NCBI GenBank assembly: GCA_016281275.1
Contig: JAEEIH010000121.1
Location: 1 to 61,811 of the forward strand
DNA from: Lachnospiraceae bacterium
GTDB lineage: Bacteria > Bacillota > Clostridia > Lachnospirales > Lachnospiraceae
Length of the DNA: 61,811 nucleotides
Reading direction: 5' to 3'
Every line of letters begins with the position of its first letter. Position 1 is the stretch's first letter. Of the stretch, positions 1 through 10,695 are shown one piece after another. The notes under the pieces were generated by a model. It searched no databases. It was not told where the DNA came from and saw only the letters and a program-made list of their open reading frames with translations. The position numbers and the translations under genes were made by a program.

Positions 1-2289
1 AACAGCTTCCTTGATGAGCTCAACCGACTCTCTCTCTGCAGGGAAGAGTGTTTCACGGCTTCCCTCGGGCCAGGATGCGATCATGATCGATTCGTTCTTA
101 TCAAGTGTTCCCTGCTCTTCTTTCAATGTGCAGAAGATTTCTTCCGTGATGAAAGGCATGTAGGGATGAAGAAGCTTAAGTGAGTCAACAAGCACGTGTG
201 AAAGTGTCCACATGGCTGCTTTCTTTGAGGTTACGTCGCTGCCGTAGAGACGAGCCTTAACCATCTCGATATACCAGTCGCACAGCTCTTCCCAGATGAA
301 GTCGTAGATCTTCTGGGCTGCGATACCGAGCTCGAATTTCTCGATCGAGTCTGTTACCTCGGTAACAACCGAAGCTGCCTTTGAAAGGATCCAGCGGTCT
401 GCATCCTCGAGGATGTCGCGAACGCTGTCAAGGGGCGCTTCAAAATCAATGCTTATGCCTGCTTCCCTGCACTGGTCCATGTTCATCATGATGAAACGGG
501 AAGCGTTCCAAACCTTGTTGGCGAAATTACGAGATGCCTCAACACGCGACATGTAGAAACGCATGTCGTTTCCGGGTGCGTTGCCGGTGATGAGCGTGAA
601 GCGGAGCGCATCTGCTCCGTACTGCTCGATAATCTCAAGAGGATCGATACCGTTGCCGAGCGACTTGCTCATCTTGTGGCCCTGATCGTCACGAACGAGA
701 CCGTGGAAGAGTACATACTTGAAGGGACGCTCGTGCATCTGCTCATATCCCGAGAAGATCATCCTGATAACCCAGAAGAAGATGATATCGTAGCCGGTAA
801 CAAGCACGTCGGTAGGGTAGAAGTACTTGAGTTCCTTCGTGTCCTCGGGCCATCCGAGTGTCGAGAAAGGCCAGAGAGCCGATGAGAACCATGTGTCGAG
901 TGTGTCGGGGTCGCGCTCGATGTGAGTGCTTCCGCACTTCTCACACTTGTCGACATTGTCGGCCGAAACGGTGATATGACCGCAGTCCGCGCAGTAATAT
1001 GCGGGGATCTGATGACCCCACCAGAGCTGACGGGAGATACACCAGTCACGGATGTTGTCTGTCCAGTTATAATAAGCCTTGTCCATACGCTCGGGGATGA
1101 GCTTGATGTCACCGTTCTTGATGCATTCAACAGCGGGCTTAATAAGCTCGTCCATTTTAACGAACCACTGCTTCTTGATCATGGGCTCAACCGTTGTATG
1201 GCAGCGGTAGCATGTTCCTACGTTATGTGCATGATCCTCGATTTTTACAAGGAGACCCATCTCGTCAAGCTCTTTAACGATCTGCTTGCGAGCTTCATAG
1301 CGGTCGAGACCCTTAAATTTGCCGCCGTTCTCGTTGATCGTGGCGTCGTCGTTTAAGATATTGATCTCGGGAAGGTTGTGACGCTTGCCTACCTCGAAGT
1401 CGTTAGGGTCGTGAGCGGGTGTGATCTTAACAACGCCCGTTCCGAATGTCATGTCAACATAGCTGTCGGCGATGATCGGGATCTTTCTGTCAACGAAGGG
1501 AAGCCAGAGAGTCTTGCCTACAAGATCCTTGTACCTGTCGTCCTCAGGGTTAACCGCAACAGCGGTATCGCCGAGCATTGTCTCGGGACGTGTTGTGGCG
1601 AAGATGAGGAACTTCTCCTTCGAGATGCTTCCGTCGTCCTCTACGAGCGGGTACTTGATATGCCAGAAATGACCTGCCTGCTCCTCGTATTCAACCTCGG
1701 CATCCGAGATGGATGTGTTACAAACAGGACACCAGTTAACGATTCTGGAGCCTTTGTATATGAGACCCTTTTTGTAGAGGGAAGTGAATACCTTGTTAAC
1801 GGCCTTGTTGCAGCCTTCGTCCATAGTGAAACGCTCACGGTCCCAGTCGCATGATGAGCCGAGCTTCTTGAGCTGCTCAACGATCCTTCCGCCGTACTCT
1901 TTTTTCCATTCCCAAGCGCGCTCAAGGAACTTCTCACGTCCGAGCTCTTCCTTTGATGTGCCTTCCTTCTTTAAGGTCTCAACGATCCTTGCCTCCGTAG
2001 CGATGGAAGCGTGGTCTGTTCCGGGCTGCCAAAGCGCATTGTAGCCCTGCATCCTCTTTGTTCTGATGAGGATGTCCTGCATGGTGTTATCGAGAGCATG
2101 ACCCATGTGAAGCTGTCCCGTGATGTTGGGGGGCGGGATCACGATGGTAAAGGGTTTCTTTGTCTCATCGACTTCGGCATGGAAGTACTTCTTCTCGAGC
2201 CACTTCTTGTATATACGGTCTTCGATTTCCGAAGGGTTATAGGTCTTGGCAAGCTCTTTTCCGGCTTTGCTGTTAGCATTATCTGCCAT
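1..2289 (-). CDS. valS: Valyl-tRNA synthetase, C-terminus beyond left edge (partial)
   Basis: Absent from the ORF track because the frame runs off the window. Reverse-strand ATG at 2289-2287, 7 nt after AGGAGGAG (complement of 2297-2304). Translation [40 protein letters not shown]...[21 protein letters not shown] (HIGH-type motif). KMSKS is encoded by the complement of 661-675. Confidence 0.9.
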   Translation of the reverse strand, partial: MADNANSKAGKELAKTYNPSEIEDRIYKKWLEKKYFHAEVDETKKPFTIVIPPPNITGQLHMGHALDNTMQDILIRTKRMQGYNALWQPGTDHASIATEARIVETLKKEGTSKEELGREKFLERAWEWKKEYGGRIVEQLKKLGSSCDWDRERFTMDEGCNKAVNKVFTSLYKKGLIYKGSRIVNWCPVCNTSISDAEVEYEEQAGHFWHIKYPLVEDDGSISKEKFLIFATTRPETMLGDTAVAVNPEDDRYKDLVGKTLWLPFVDRKIPIIADSYVDMTFGTGVVKITPAHDPNDFEVGKRHNLPEINILNDDATINENGGKFKGLDRYEARKQIVKELDEMGLLVKIEDHAHNVGTCYRCHTTVEPMIKKQWFVKMDELIKPAVECIKNGDIKLIPERMDKAYYNWTDNIRDWCISRQLWWGHQIPAYYCADCGHITVSADNVDKCEKCGSTHIERDPDTLDTWFSSALWPFSTLGWPEDTKELKYFYPTDVLVTGYDIIFFWVIRMIFSGYEQMHERPFKYVLFHGLVRDDQGHKMSKSLGNGIDPLEIIEQYGADALRFTLITGNAPGNDMRFYMSRVEASRNFANKVWNASRFIMMNMDQCREAGISIDFEAPLDSVRDILEDADRWILSKAASVVTEVTDSIEKFELGIAAQKIYDFIWEELCDWYIEMVKARLYGSDVTSKKAAMWTLSHVLVDSLKLLHPYMPFITEEIFCTLKEEQGTLDKNESIMIASWPEGSRETLFPAERESVELIKEAV

Positions 2290-2374
2290 AACGATGCTCC
2301 TCCTCTTCTTATTATAATACATAGAGTTGATAATATATTGAAAATACTGTATTTGTCAAGAGGTGGGTCCACTC

Positions 2375-2402
2375 TTGCACTTTACGGTAAATATGATATA
2401 AT
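2375..2402 (+). promoter_or_regulatory. Sigma-70-like promoter candidate for typA (TTGCAC-16-TGaTATAAT)
   Basis: TTGCAC at 2375-2380, extended -10 TGATATAAT at 2394-2402, about 50 nt upstream of the typA ATG. Divergent from valS. Confidence 0.45.
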
Positions 2403-2452
2403 CTTCAAGTTGACCAACTAAAAGAGATATTTAAGGAAGAAGTACTACTTAT

Positions 2453-4270
2453 ATGAAAAGAGAAGATGTCAGAAACATAGCCATAATTGCTCACGTCGAT
2501 CATGGCAAGACTACACTTGTAGACTGCCTTTTGAAGCAGAGCGGTGTATTCAGAAGCAATCAGGTGGTTGAAGAAAGAGTCATGGACTCGAACGATCTCG
2601 AAAGAGAGCGTGGAATAACGATCCTTTCAAAAAACACCGCTGTAAACTATAATGGAGTTAAGATTAATATTATCGACACGCCCGGTCATGCCGATTTCGG
2701 CGGAGAGGTTGAGCGTGTGCTCAAGATGGTTAACGGAGTTATCCTCGTGGTTGATGCATTTGAGGGTCCCATGCCACAGACGAAGTTCGTACTTAAGAAG
2801 GCACTGGAACTTTCGCTTCCTGTTATTGTCTGCATCAACAAGATCGACCGTCCCGAGGCTGATCCCGAACGAGTCATCGATCAGGTACTCGACCTCTTTA
2901 TCGAGCTTGACGCAAGCGAGGACCAACTTGATTGTCCTTTTGTTTATGCTTCCGCCAAGGCGGGCATTGCGATCCTTGAGCTTTCGGACAGCAGAGAGAA
3001 CATGAAGCCTCTCTTTGACACGATCCTTGAATATATTCCGGCTCCTGAGGGAGATCCCGATGCGGGAGCACAGGTGCTCATCAGCACCATTGATTATAAT
3101 GAATATGTCGGCAGGATCGGTTGCGGCAAGGTTGACAACGGTACGATCAGGGTCGGTCAGGATGCGATCATCGTGAACTACCATGATCCTGACAAGCAAA
3201 GGAAAGTCAGGATCAGCAAGCTCTATGAGTACGACGGTCTTAAGAAGGTCGAGGTTGAGTCGGCAACTGTCGGTTCGATCGTTGCGATCTCGGGTATCGA
3301 GGATATCCACATCGGTGATACGATATGTTCGGTAGAGAATCCCGCTCCGATCCCGTTCCAGAAGATTTCCGAGCCCACGCTTTCCATGAATTTCATGGTA
3401 AATGATTCTCCGCTTGCGGGACAGGAAGGAAAGTGGGTTACATCCCGGCATCTCCGCGAGAGACTCTTCAGAGAACTTAACACAGATGTCAGCCTGAGAG
3501 TCGAGGAGACAGATACAACGGAGGCTTTCAAGGTTTCCGGACGCGGCGAGCTTCATCTTTCGATCCTGATCGAAACCATGCGACGCGAAGGCTACGAGTT
3601 CGCTGTGAGCAAGGCACAGGTTATTTACAAGCAGGGCGAGCACGGCGAAAAGCTTGAACCCATGGAGCGCGCCATCATCGATGTTCCGGATGAATTCTCG
3701 GGAAGCGTTATCGAGAAGCTCAGCCAGCGAAAGGGTGAGCTTCAGGGCATGAGTAATGCGGCCGGAGGATACACAAGACTTGATTTCCTTATCCCCTCGA
3801 GAGGACTTATCGGTTACAGAGGAGAGTTCCTCACCGACACGAAGGGCAACGGCATCATAAACACGATCTTCGAGGGTTATGCTCCCTACAAGGGAGACAT
3901 TCCTTCAAGAAAGCAGGGAAGTCTTATCGCTTTTGAGGACGGAGTGAGCGTTACATACGGTCTTTACAACGCGCAGGAACGCGGAGTTCTCTTTATCGGT
4001 CCCGGAGAAAAGGTTTATTCGGGCATGGTTGTCGGTCTTTCGGGAAAAGGCGAGGACATCGAGCTCAATGTTTGCAAGCGCAAGCAGATGAGTAACACCC
4101 GTTCATCGAGTGCCGATGAGGCTTTAAGGCTTTCACCCCCAAGGATCCTTTCTCTTGAGCAGGCACTTGATTTCATTGACAATGACGAGCTTCTTGAGGT
4201 TACTCCCACGAGCCTTCGTGTGAGAAAGAGGATCCTTGACAGCACTCTTCGCAAGAGAGCCAACAGATAA
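2453..4270 (+). CDS. typA: Translational GTPase TypA/BipA
   Basis: 605 aa. N-terminus MKREDVRNIAIIAHVDHGKTTLVDCLL (G1), DTPGHADFGGEVER (G3), NKIDRP (G4). Length and domain order typical of BipA. Confidence 0.93.
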   Translation: MKREDVRNIAIIAHVDHGKTTLVDCLLKQSGVFRSNQVVEERVMDSNDLERERGITILSKNTAVNYNGVKINIIDTPGHADFGGEVERVLKMVNGVILVVDAFEGPMPQTKFVLKKALELSLPVIVCINKIDRPEADPERVIDQVLDLFIELDASEDQLDCPFVYASAKAGIAILELSDSRENMKPLFDTILEYIPAPEGDPDAGAQVLISTIDYNEYVGRIGCGKVDNGTIRVGQDAIIVNYHDPDKQRKVRISKLYEYDGLKKVEVESATVGSIVAISGIEDIHIGDTICSVENPAPIPFQKISEPTLSMNFMVNDSPLAGQEGKWVTSRHLRERLFRELNTDVSLRVEETDTTEAFKVSGRGELHLSILIETMRREGYEFAVSKAQVIYKQGEHGEKLEPMERAIIDVPDEFSGSVIEKLSQRKGELQGMSNAAGGYTRLDFLIPSRGLIGYRGEFLTDTKGNGIINTIFEGYAPYKGDIPSRKQGSLIAFEDGVSVTYGLYNAQERGVLFIGPGEKVYSGMVVGLSGKGEDIELNVCKRKQMSNTRSSSADEALRLSPPRILSLEQALDFIDNDELLEVTPTSLRVRKRILDSTLRKRANR

Positions 4271-4441
4271 TTAACGTGGTTCGATCGGTCGCGGTTGCGG
4301 GTGATCGAAAGCGGTATTATACTACAAGGTAATAGCGCTGATAAACACATAGGTAGAAGACACTTAAGGACAAAGCATTCGGATCATTTTTCGTAATGCG
4401 GCACGCGGCAGGGAAACGGCTCCCTGCAGGAAGGATATCAT

Positions 4442-5689
4442 ATGGAGAGAAGACTCTTTACATCGGAATCGGTAACCGAAGGACATCCCGACAAGATCTG
4501 CGATCAGATTTCGGATGCGGTGCTTGATGCGTTGCTTGAGCAGGATCCGCAAAGCCGTGTGGCTTGTGAAACATGCTGTACCACGGGACTCGTTCTTGTT
4601 ATGGGTGAGATCACCACTAATGGCTATGTTGACATACAGAAGATCGTTCGCGATACTGTTCGTGAGATAGGATACGACCGTGCCAAGTATGGTTTTGACG
4701 CCGACACCTGCGGCGTTATGGTAGCACTTGATGAACAGTCAAGCGATATCGCCATGGGTGTTAATGTATCGGCAGAACAGAAGGCCGCTTCGGATATAGA
4801 TATAACGGATGCAGGCAGTGTCGATGCGGAAAATTTGCTTAAAACAAAGTGCTCGGAGGCGGATCCGGACAATGTCGGAGCCGGCGATCAGGGTATGATG
4901 TTCGGCTATGCGACCAACGAGACGGAGGAGTACATGCCGTATCCGATTTCAATGGCGCACAAGCTTACGAAAAAGCTTTCGGAAGTCAGGAAAAACGGTA
5001 CATTAAAGTATCTTCGTCCCGACGGGAAATCGCAGGTTACGGTGGAATATGACGAGGAAGGCAAGCCCGCAAGGATTGACGCGGTTGTTCTTTCCACACA
5101 GCATGATCCGGATGTTACTCAGGAACAGATCCATGAGGATATAAAGAAGTATGTATTCGATCCTGTTCTTCCCAAAAACATGATCGATGACAAAACAAGA
5201 TATTACATAAATCCCACGGGTCGATTCGTTATCGGAGGACCGCAGGGAGATTCGGGTCTTACGGGACGTAAGATCATCGTTGACACCTACGGAGGTTACG
5301 CTCCGCACGGCGGCGGAGCCTTTTCGGGAAAGGATCCCACTAAGGTTGACCGTTCGGCGTGCTACGCGGCTCGCTACGTGGCAAAGAATATCGTCGCTGC
5401 GGGACTTGCCGACAAATGTCAGATACAGCTCAGCTATGCGATCGGCGTTGCCGAGCCTACATCGATCAATATTGACACTTTCGGGACAGGTAAGCTAAGT
5501 GACACGAAGCTTCTCGGTTTGATAAGAGAGAATTTTGATCTTCGCCCTGCCGGGATCATCAGGATGCTTGATCTCAGACGTCCGATCTACAAGCAGACTG
5601 CGGCATACGGTCATTTCGGACGTACGGATCTCAATCTGCCGTGGGAGAAGCTTGACAAGGCGGAGTCACTTCGTGTACAGGCGATGTAA
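4442..5689 (+). CDS. metK: S-adenosylmethionine synthetase
   Basis: 415 aa. [63 protein letters not shown] motifs. AGGAAGGA RBS 6 nt upstream. Confidence 0.95.
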   Translation: MERRLFTSESVTEGHPDKICDQISDAVLDALLEQDPQSRVACETCCTTGLVLVMGEITTNGYVDIQKIVRDTVREIGYDRAKYGFDADTCGVMVALDEQSSDIAMGVNVSAEQKAASDIDITDAGSVDAENLLKTKCSEADPDNVGAGDQGMMFGYATNETEEYMPYPISMAHKLTKKLSEVRKNGTLKYLRPDGKSQVTVEYDEEGKPARIDAVVLSTQHDPDVTQEQIHEDIKKYVFDPVLPKNMIDDKTRYYINPTGRFVIGGPQGDSGLTGRKIIVDTYGGYAPHGGGAFSGKDPTKVDRSACYAARYVAKNIVAAGLADKCQIQLSYAIGVAEPTSINIDTFGTGKLSDTKLLGLIRENFDLRPAGIIRMLDLRRPIYKQTAAYGHFGRTDLNLPWEKLDKAESLRVQAM

Positions 5690-5845
5690 GCAGAAGGTAT
5701 TCGGAGGCACGATGATCACGCGGATCGTCGATCTGCATGATGGCATGTGGCGTTTTTGAAGTTGATTGACAAAACTGACATATTAATATAGCGTACAGAT
5801 AGATATGCGTTATTATTCAAAATAGGATTGAGAGGGGAAAAGGCG

Positions 5846-7288
5846 ATGGAACAGGAAAAGAAGCAGGTTGAGGCGATCACCTCCATGAAAGAGGATTTTG
5901 CCCAGTGGTACACCGACATAGTCATTAAGGCAGAACTCACGGATTATTCGAGCGTTAAGGGCTGTATGGTCATCAAGCCCGCGGGATATGCCATATGGGA
6001 GCTTATCCAGAAACAGCTCGACGAGAGATTTAAGGAAACGGGCGTTGAAAATGTTTATATGCCCATGTTCATCCCCGAGTCGCTTCTTGAAAAAGAGAAA
6101 GACCATGTCGAGGGCTTTGCTCCCGAGGTTGCATGGGTAACTAAGGGCGGACTTGAGCCGCTTCAGGAGAAGCTCTGCGTACGCCCCACGTCGGAGACGC
6201 TGTTCTGTGATCTTTATAGGAATATTGTTCATTCCTACAGAGATCTTCCCAAGGTATATAACCAGTGGTGCAGCGTTGTTCGCTGGGAGAAAACGACACG
6301 TCCGTTTCTCCGCTCGAGAGAGTTCCTTTGGCAGGAAGGTCACACGGCTCATGCCACAGCAGAGGAGGCCGAGGCACGCACGATCCAGATGCTCGACGTT
6401 TATGCGAACTTCTGCGAGGAAGTCCTTGCTATCCCTGTGGTAAGGGGTCAGAAGACGGATAAAGAAAAGTTTGCGGGCGCAATGGCCACATACACGATTG
6501 AAGCGCTCATGCACGACGGCAAGGCGCTTCAGTCCGGAACCAGCCACAACTTCGGTGACGGTTTTGCGCACGCATTTGATATTCAGTACACGGATAAAGA
6601 CAACAAATTATCCTATGTTCACCAAACCTCATGGGGCATGACGACCAGGCTTATCGGTGCGGTCATCATGGTTCACGGCGATGACAGAGGACTTAAGCTT
6701 CCTCCCAGAATCGCTCCCACACAGGTTGTCATCATCCCCATCATGCCGAATAAGGAAGGCGTCATGGAGACTGTGGGACAACTTGCTGACAGCCTGAAGG
6801 CAAAGGGTATCAGAGTTAAGATCGACGATTCGGACAAGCGTCCCGGCTTCAAGTACTCGGAGCAGGAGATGAGAGGCTTCCCGGTAAGACTCGAAGTTGG
6901 TCCCAAGGATATCGAAAGAGGCGTTTGTGTTGCAGTCAGACGTGATACGCTTGAGAAGACAGAGGTTGCTCTCCGTGAAGCAGCCGACAGGACGGCAGAG
7001 CTTCTCGACACTATCCAGAAGGACATGCTTGAAGCAGCAAGGGTACACAGAGATGCTCATACCTACGAAGTAACCACATACGACGAATTTGTCGATACCA
7101 TCAATAACAAACCCGGTTTTATTAAGGCTATGTGGTGCGGAGATCAGGCATGTGAGGACAAGATCAAAGAAGATACGGCTGCCACATCACGCTGCATCCC
7201 CTTCGGGAATCATAAACCCATTTGTGACAAATGCGTTTGTTGCGGTCGTCCCGCGAAGAAGCTCGTATATTGGGGAAGGGCCTACTGA
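5846..7288 (+). CDS. proS: Prolyl-tRNA synthetase, archaeal/eukaryote-like type with C-terminal Zn-binding domain
   Basis: The track ORF starts at TTG 5828. ATG 5846 ([26 protein letters not shown]...) follows GAGGGGAAAAGG. Class II motifs are present, and the C-terminal [21 protein letters not shown] ends in Tyr, as in this ProRS subtype. Confidence 0.9.
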   Translation: MEQEKKQVEAITSMKEDFAQWYTDIVIKAELTDYSSVKGCMVIKPAGYAIWELIQKQLDERFKETGVENVYMPMFIPESLLEKEKDHVEGFAPEVAWVTKGGLEPLQEKLCVRPTSETLFCDLYRNIVHSYRDLPKVYNQWCSVVRWEKTTRPFLRSREFLWQEGHTAHATAEEAEARTIQMLDVYANFCEEVLAIPVVRGQKTDKEKFAGAMATYTIEALMHDGKALQSGTSHNFGDGFAHAFDIQYTDKDNKLSYVHQTSWGMTTRLIGAVIMVHGDDRGLKLPPRIAPTQVVIIPIMPNKEGVMETVGQLADSLKAKGIRVKIDDSDKRPGFKYSEQEMRGFPVRLEVGPKDIERGVCVAVRRDTLEKTEVALREAADRTAELLDTIQKDMLEAARVHRDAHTYEVTTYDEFVDTINNKPGFIKAMWCGDQACEDKIKEDTAATSRCIPFGNHKPICDKCVCCGRPAKKLVYWGRAY

Positions 7289-7295
7289 TAACCAC

Positions 7296-7318
7296 CAAAA
7301 CTTGCAAAGCAAGTTTTG
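7296..7318 (+). terminator. Hairpin after proS (10-bp stem CAAAACTTGC/GCAAGTTTTG, 3-nt loop)
   Basis: Perfect inverted repeat 8 nt after the proS stop. It is the first of three consecutive stem-loops (7296-7318, 7329-7365, 7399-7438). Confidence 0.5.
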
Positions 7319-7459
7319 AGTGCTCGAAGTGAAAAGATTGCGATGGTTCACCGCAAACTTTTCACGTAAGAGTCGCGAAGCCTGCGGAGCGAGTTATGAT
7401 AAAATTTTCGAGGCACGAAGTGACGATGAAAATTTTATGCACGGAAGGAAGAATGCTTA

Positions 7460-7603
7460 ATGATAGATTTTGATGAAGAAATATCAAGATTTGAAATGAG
7501 TCAGGAAACGGACAGGGTCGAGGAAAACCTCCTCAATGCGGACATAAAGGATCTGGCTGATCTGCTCGATCAGTTAACAGGTGGATATCAGTATGAACAA
7601 TAA
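7460..7603 (+). CDS. Possible 47-aa acidic small protein (MIDFDEEISRFEMSQETDRVEENLLNADIKDLADLLDQLTGGYQYEQ)
   Basis: Below the track size cut-off. ATG 7460 follows GGAAGGAAG. Its stop at 7601-7603 overlaps the ATG (7593) of the next gene by 11 nt, a translational-coupling geometry. No family recognised. Confidence 0.25.
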   Translation: MIDFDEEISRFEMSQETDRVEENLLNADIKDLADLLDQLTGGYQYEQ

Positions 7604-9044
7604 GCCTTATGACAAGCTCATGAGGATATCGGACCGCCTTTATAACGATGGACTTGAAAAGGCAAAAGTCAGGGATCTTTCGGGAGCTGTCGTTTCTCTT
7701 AAAAGAAGTCTTTTATATAACAAATACAATACCGAGGCCAGAAACCTCCTCGGTCTTGTTTTTTATGAGCAGGGAGAGACGGTTAACGCTCTGACGGAAT
7801 GGGTCGTAAGCAGAAATCTTGATGATTATGAGAACAGCGCGGACTATTATCTCGAACGGATCCAGGACGATGAAAATGAGATAGAGAATATAAACGGCGC
7901 GGTAAAAAAGTACAATCAGGCGCTGAGTGCCGCACGCTACGGCAATATTGACACAGCCATCCTGCAGCTCAAAAAAGCGGTCGGGATGCATCCTCATTAT
8001 GTACGGGCCATGAAGCTTTTGGGGCTTCTATATATCAGACAGGAAGAATACCAGAAGGCGAAAAAGATTCTGGTGGCTGCAAGAGCGATAGACCACACCG
8101 ACACGGATGTTTTGCGGTATCTGGCGGAGGTGGAAAAGGTGCTGGTACCCGAACCTGTGAAGATCGGACCGTTTAAGACTCAGACAGCGGAAGAAACCGA
8201 ATTTGATGAGGAGCTCGGGATTGAGCATTCACGTAAGGGATTTTTTTCGATGATCTTTAATCAGGAAAAACCGAATCTGATGCTGTTTATAAATCTTATT
8301 GCGGGTGTTCTTATCGGTATTGCGGTGGTTTATTATCTTATTGTACCCTCGAAGGAGGCGCAGATCAGAGAAGAATACAACGCCGGGAAGGTTGATTACA
8401 GCAGCGAGCTCAGTGCCAAAAACGCTGCAATATCGCAACAGGAAAAGGAGATCACGAACCTCAGAAAACAGGTCGATGAGCTAAAATCCGAGCTTAACGG
8501 CATTACTTACGATACTATAGAGATAGCTGTCGGAGACGAGACGTTTTCGTCCTTCTTTGACGCATGGAGCGAATACAACGATCTGAAATCAAGAGAATAC
8601 TCGGATGAAGAGCTCGTAAGGCTTGCGATGGATCTCTGGGATCTCGATCTGAAGGGAATTCAAAGCAAATATGCGCAGGATATTCTTTCGAAGATGAGGG
8701 AAGACATTTATCCTCTTGCGGCAAAGCTGGTGTATAAAGAAGGAAAAGAATTCCTCGATTCAGGGGAAATCCCCGAAGCAGTCAGGGCGCTCAGGGCCGC
8801 AGCAGACTTCGACCCCGAATCGGATGTTGCGCTTTATTATCTCGGTAAAGCGCTCGAAGAAGACGGACAGTACAGCGAAGCGATCTATTGCTACAGGCAT
8901 ATGCTGACGGTTGCGCCGGGATCGACACTCAGAGACTACATCCCTCAGAGGCTTGAGTTCTGCGAAGAGAAACTCAGAGAACTCGGGGAGCAGGAAGAAG
9001 TTCCCGAGGGTGAAGAAGCAGAGGAGAATTCTGAGGACGAATAA
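7593..9044 (+). CDS. TPR-repeat membrane protein with central TM helix, coiled coil and acidic tail
   Basis: The track ORF starts at GTG 7581. ATG 7593 has AGGTGG 8 nt upstream. TPR-like repeats occur at both ends (ARNLLGLVFYEQGE..., AMKLLGLLYIRQEEYQKA..., ALYYLGKALEEDGQYSEA...). TM segment LMLFINLIAGVLIGIAVVYYLIV. Confidence 0.6.
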   Translation: MNNKPYDKLMRISDRLYNDGLEKAKVRDLSGAVVSLKRSLLYNKYNTEARNLLGLVFYEQGETVNALTEWVVSRNLDDYENSADYYLERIQDDENEIENINGAVKKYNQALSAARYGNIDTAILQLKKAVGMHPHYVRAMKLLGLLYIRQEEYQKAKKILVAARAIDHTDTDVLRYLAEVEKVLVPEPVKIGPFKTQTAEETEFDEELGIEHSRKGFFSMIFNQEKPNLMLFINLIAGVLIGIAVVYYLIVPSKEAQIREEYNAGKVDYSSELSAKNAAISQQEKEITNLRKQVDELKSELNGITYDTIEIAVGDETFSSFFDAWSEYNDLKSREYSDEELVRLAMDLWDLDLKGIQSKYAQDILSKMREDIYPLAAKLVYKEGKEFLDSGEIPEAVRALRAAADFDPESDVALYYLGKALEEDGQYSEAIYCYRHMLTVAPGSTLRDYIPQRLEFCEEKLRELGEQEEVPEGEEAEENSEDE

Positions 9045-9072
9045 TACATAACAGGAAAAAGAACACAGATAG

Positions 9073-9106
9073 CAGAAAAGAGCGGCCTGCGGGACGCTCT
9101 TTTCTG
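9073..9106. terminator. Bidirectional terminator hairpin (12-bp perfect stem CAGAAAAGAGCG/CGCTCTTTTCTG)
   Basis: Lies between the convergent genes 7593-9044 (+) and 9114-10400 (-). T-run follows on the + strand. Confidence 0.7.
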
Positions 9107-9113
9107 TTGCGGG

Positions 9114-10400
9114 TTAGTCTTTCAAACATCCTATAGGAATTACAAATACGTTGTCCTCTCTTTGATATCCGTAGGGTGTACCGGTGAGAACGATCTTGAG
9201 ATCGGGAAGTCTGAGAGGAGCCTGCTTCTCACGTTCATTGTGTTCTTTTACCAGCTTCTCGATCTCGTTTAGGTGAGAGGCACCCTCATCGATCTCGCTA
9301 CTTCCGAGCTTTATTTCTATCAATGCATATCGACCATCCTTTAAGTGAAGGACAGCATCGGCTTCTAGCCCGTATCTGTCATGGTAGTATGATACGGTGC
9401 CTCCCAGAGCAGAAGAGTATACTCGCAGGTCTCTTATACATAACGTTTCAAAAATAAACCCAAAAGCCTTAAGATCCATATTGAAGTACTCGGGAGAAAC
9501 GCCGAGAGCGGCAACTGCGATCGAAGGATCTATGAATTCTTTTTTCTCGGAAGATTGAATCGCTGTTTTGGATCTGATCGAGGGGCACCAAGCTTCAACG
9601 TCTCTGATGACAAACAGTTTTCGAAGAGCCTTTAGATAGTCGTAAAATGTCGTTTCGCTCATGGGGTAATTCGCATTTATATCTTGCAGAATCGTCCGAT
9701 TGGAAGCGAATGTGGATATGTTTCGTGCATAGGATCGGAGGAGCAGACGGGTTCCCTGCTCATCTCGAGTTGTTTTATCTATATTGTTCACATCGTTTTT
9801 GCATAAACTGTCAAAGTAGCTTCCGGAGATCATAAGCTTAGCTTTATCTGTTTTCTTTTTAATTGCAGACGGCCATCCACCTCGACATGCAGCCATGATT
9901 ATCCCGTCAATTGTAAGTTCAGAGAAGTATTTGGCATCCGGAAGGCTTTTTTTCTTAAATAATTCGGACAGGGAAATCTCACCGTTTGATTCACCGGATT
10001 CGTAAAGACTCATGGGGTACATCTGCAAGGTGTCTATCCTTCCTGTACCAGTATGCATGATCGTTGATTTGTCAATAGAATTGGAACCCGTAAGGATATA
10101 CAGGCCCGGTTCATCTCTTCTGTCAACAGACACTCTGACAGCATCCCAAATATTTGGTGCTATCTGCCATTCGTCGATCAGACGAGGGTTTTCTCCGACA
10201 AGCAGGTTGGAAGGCTTAATCCGGGCAGTTTGCACATAAGAATCCCGCATGTCGGGATCTTGCATCTCAATATAGCTTTTTGCAAATTGTTTGGCGGTGG
10301 TTGTTTTGCCGCACCATTTGGGACCTGTTATGTGTACAGCACCAAATGCATCAAGTTTGTCCTGTAGTTCACTGTCACAAATGCGTTTTATATAGCTCAT
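9114..10400 (-). CDS. AAA-type ATPase of the AAA_14/DUF4143 family
   Basis: 428 aa. Walker A GPKWCGKTTTA near the N-terminus. Overall layout (ATPase, then a C-terminal nuclease-like fold region DAVLHLKDGRYALIEIKLG) is as in DUF4143 'ATP-binding protein' genes. GGAGGGG RBS. Confidence 0.65.
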   Translation of the reverse strand: MSYIKRICDSELQDKLDAFGAVHITGPKWCGKTTTAKQFAKSYIEMQDPDMRDSYVQTARIKPSNLLVGENPRLIDEWQIAPNIWDAVRVSVDRRDEPGLYILTGSNSIDKSTIMHTGTGRIDTLQMYPMSLYESGESNGEISLSELFKKKSLPDAKYFSELTIDGIIMAACRGGWPSAIKKKTDKAKLMISGSYFDSLCKNDVNNIDKTTRDEQGTRLLLRSYARNISTFASNRTILQDINANYPMSETTFYDYLKALRKLFVIRDVEAWCPSIRSKTAIQSSEKKEFIDPSIAVAALGVSPEYFNMDLKAFGFIFETLCIRDLRVYSSALGGTVSYYHDRYGLEADAVLHLKDGRYALIEIKLGSSEIDEGASHLNEIEKLVKEHNEREKQAPLRLPDLKIVLTGTPYGYQREDNVFVIPIGCLKD

Positions 10401-10471
10401 TGCACCCCTCCGATTCAGACTACTGTGTTTTTGTATTATAGCTGAATTTTAGCTGGTTTGCAATAAGCTGC

Positions 10472-10540
10472 CGAAGACATTTGTGGTATTTCACCGAAGA
10501 CATTTGCGGTATTTTAACGAAGACATTTGCGGTATTTTTG
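10472..10540. repeat. 3 x 23-bp perfect-phase tandem repeat, core CGAAGACATTTG(T/C)GGTATTT
   Basis: Copies start at 10472, 10495 and 10518. Located 72 nt upstream of the DUF4143 ATPase start, in a divergent intergenic region. Confidence 0.9.
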
Positions 10541-10555
10541 CCGGTAAGCTGGCCA

Positions 10556-10611
10556 GGTTATACTACGTAGTATAACCTCCTTGTAGGTGTATTGACATAC
10601 ACCTACAAGGA
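10556..10611. promoter_or_regulatory. Two adjacent perfect palindromes (22-bp GGTTATACTACGTAGTATAACC; 14-bp arms TCCTTGTAGGTGTA/TACACCTACAAGGA with TTGACA loop)
   Basis: Read directly at 10556-10577 and 10578-10611. Position between divergent genes suggests operators or a promoter (the loop is a consensus -35 hexamer). Confidence 0.5.
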
Positions 10612-10695
10612 ATACATTAAGGACAAAGGAAATTTTGGAAAATACGCAACGGCGTTTATATAAATATGTATATAAAGATGGGAGAATAGCGGAGC

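Noticed and set aside
4271-4441. Possible SAM riboswitch in the metK leader.
   Set aside because: I could not find the SAM-I core strings (no TTATCAAGAG...GGTGC.AA...AGATAAG-like elements) or another SAM-class signature that I can recognise. Only short generic hairpins are present (4280-4319, CAGGGAAACGGCTCCCTG near 4409-4426). An Rfam scan would be decisive.
5690-5845. T-box leaders upstream of proS (and of valS, complement of 2290-2452).
   Set aside because: Both leaders are only about 150 nt, and neither contains the conserved T-box 14-mer (AGGGTGGTACCGCG-like) on the correct strand. The AGAGGTGGGTCCAC string at about 2359-2372 is on the typA-sense strand and forms a simple hairpin.
10472-10540. 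CRISPR array.
   Set aside because: Three 23-bp units are directly abutted with no spacers, and no cas genes are in the window. The coding repeats at 35506-35700, 41846-43192 and 23922-24047 are in-frame protein repeats.
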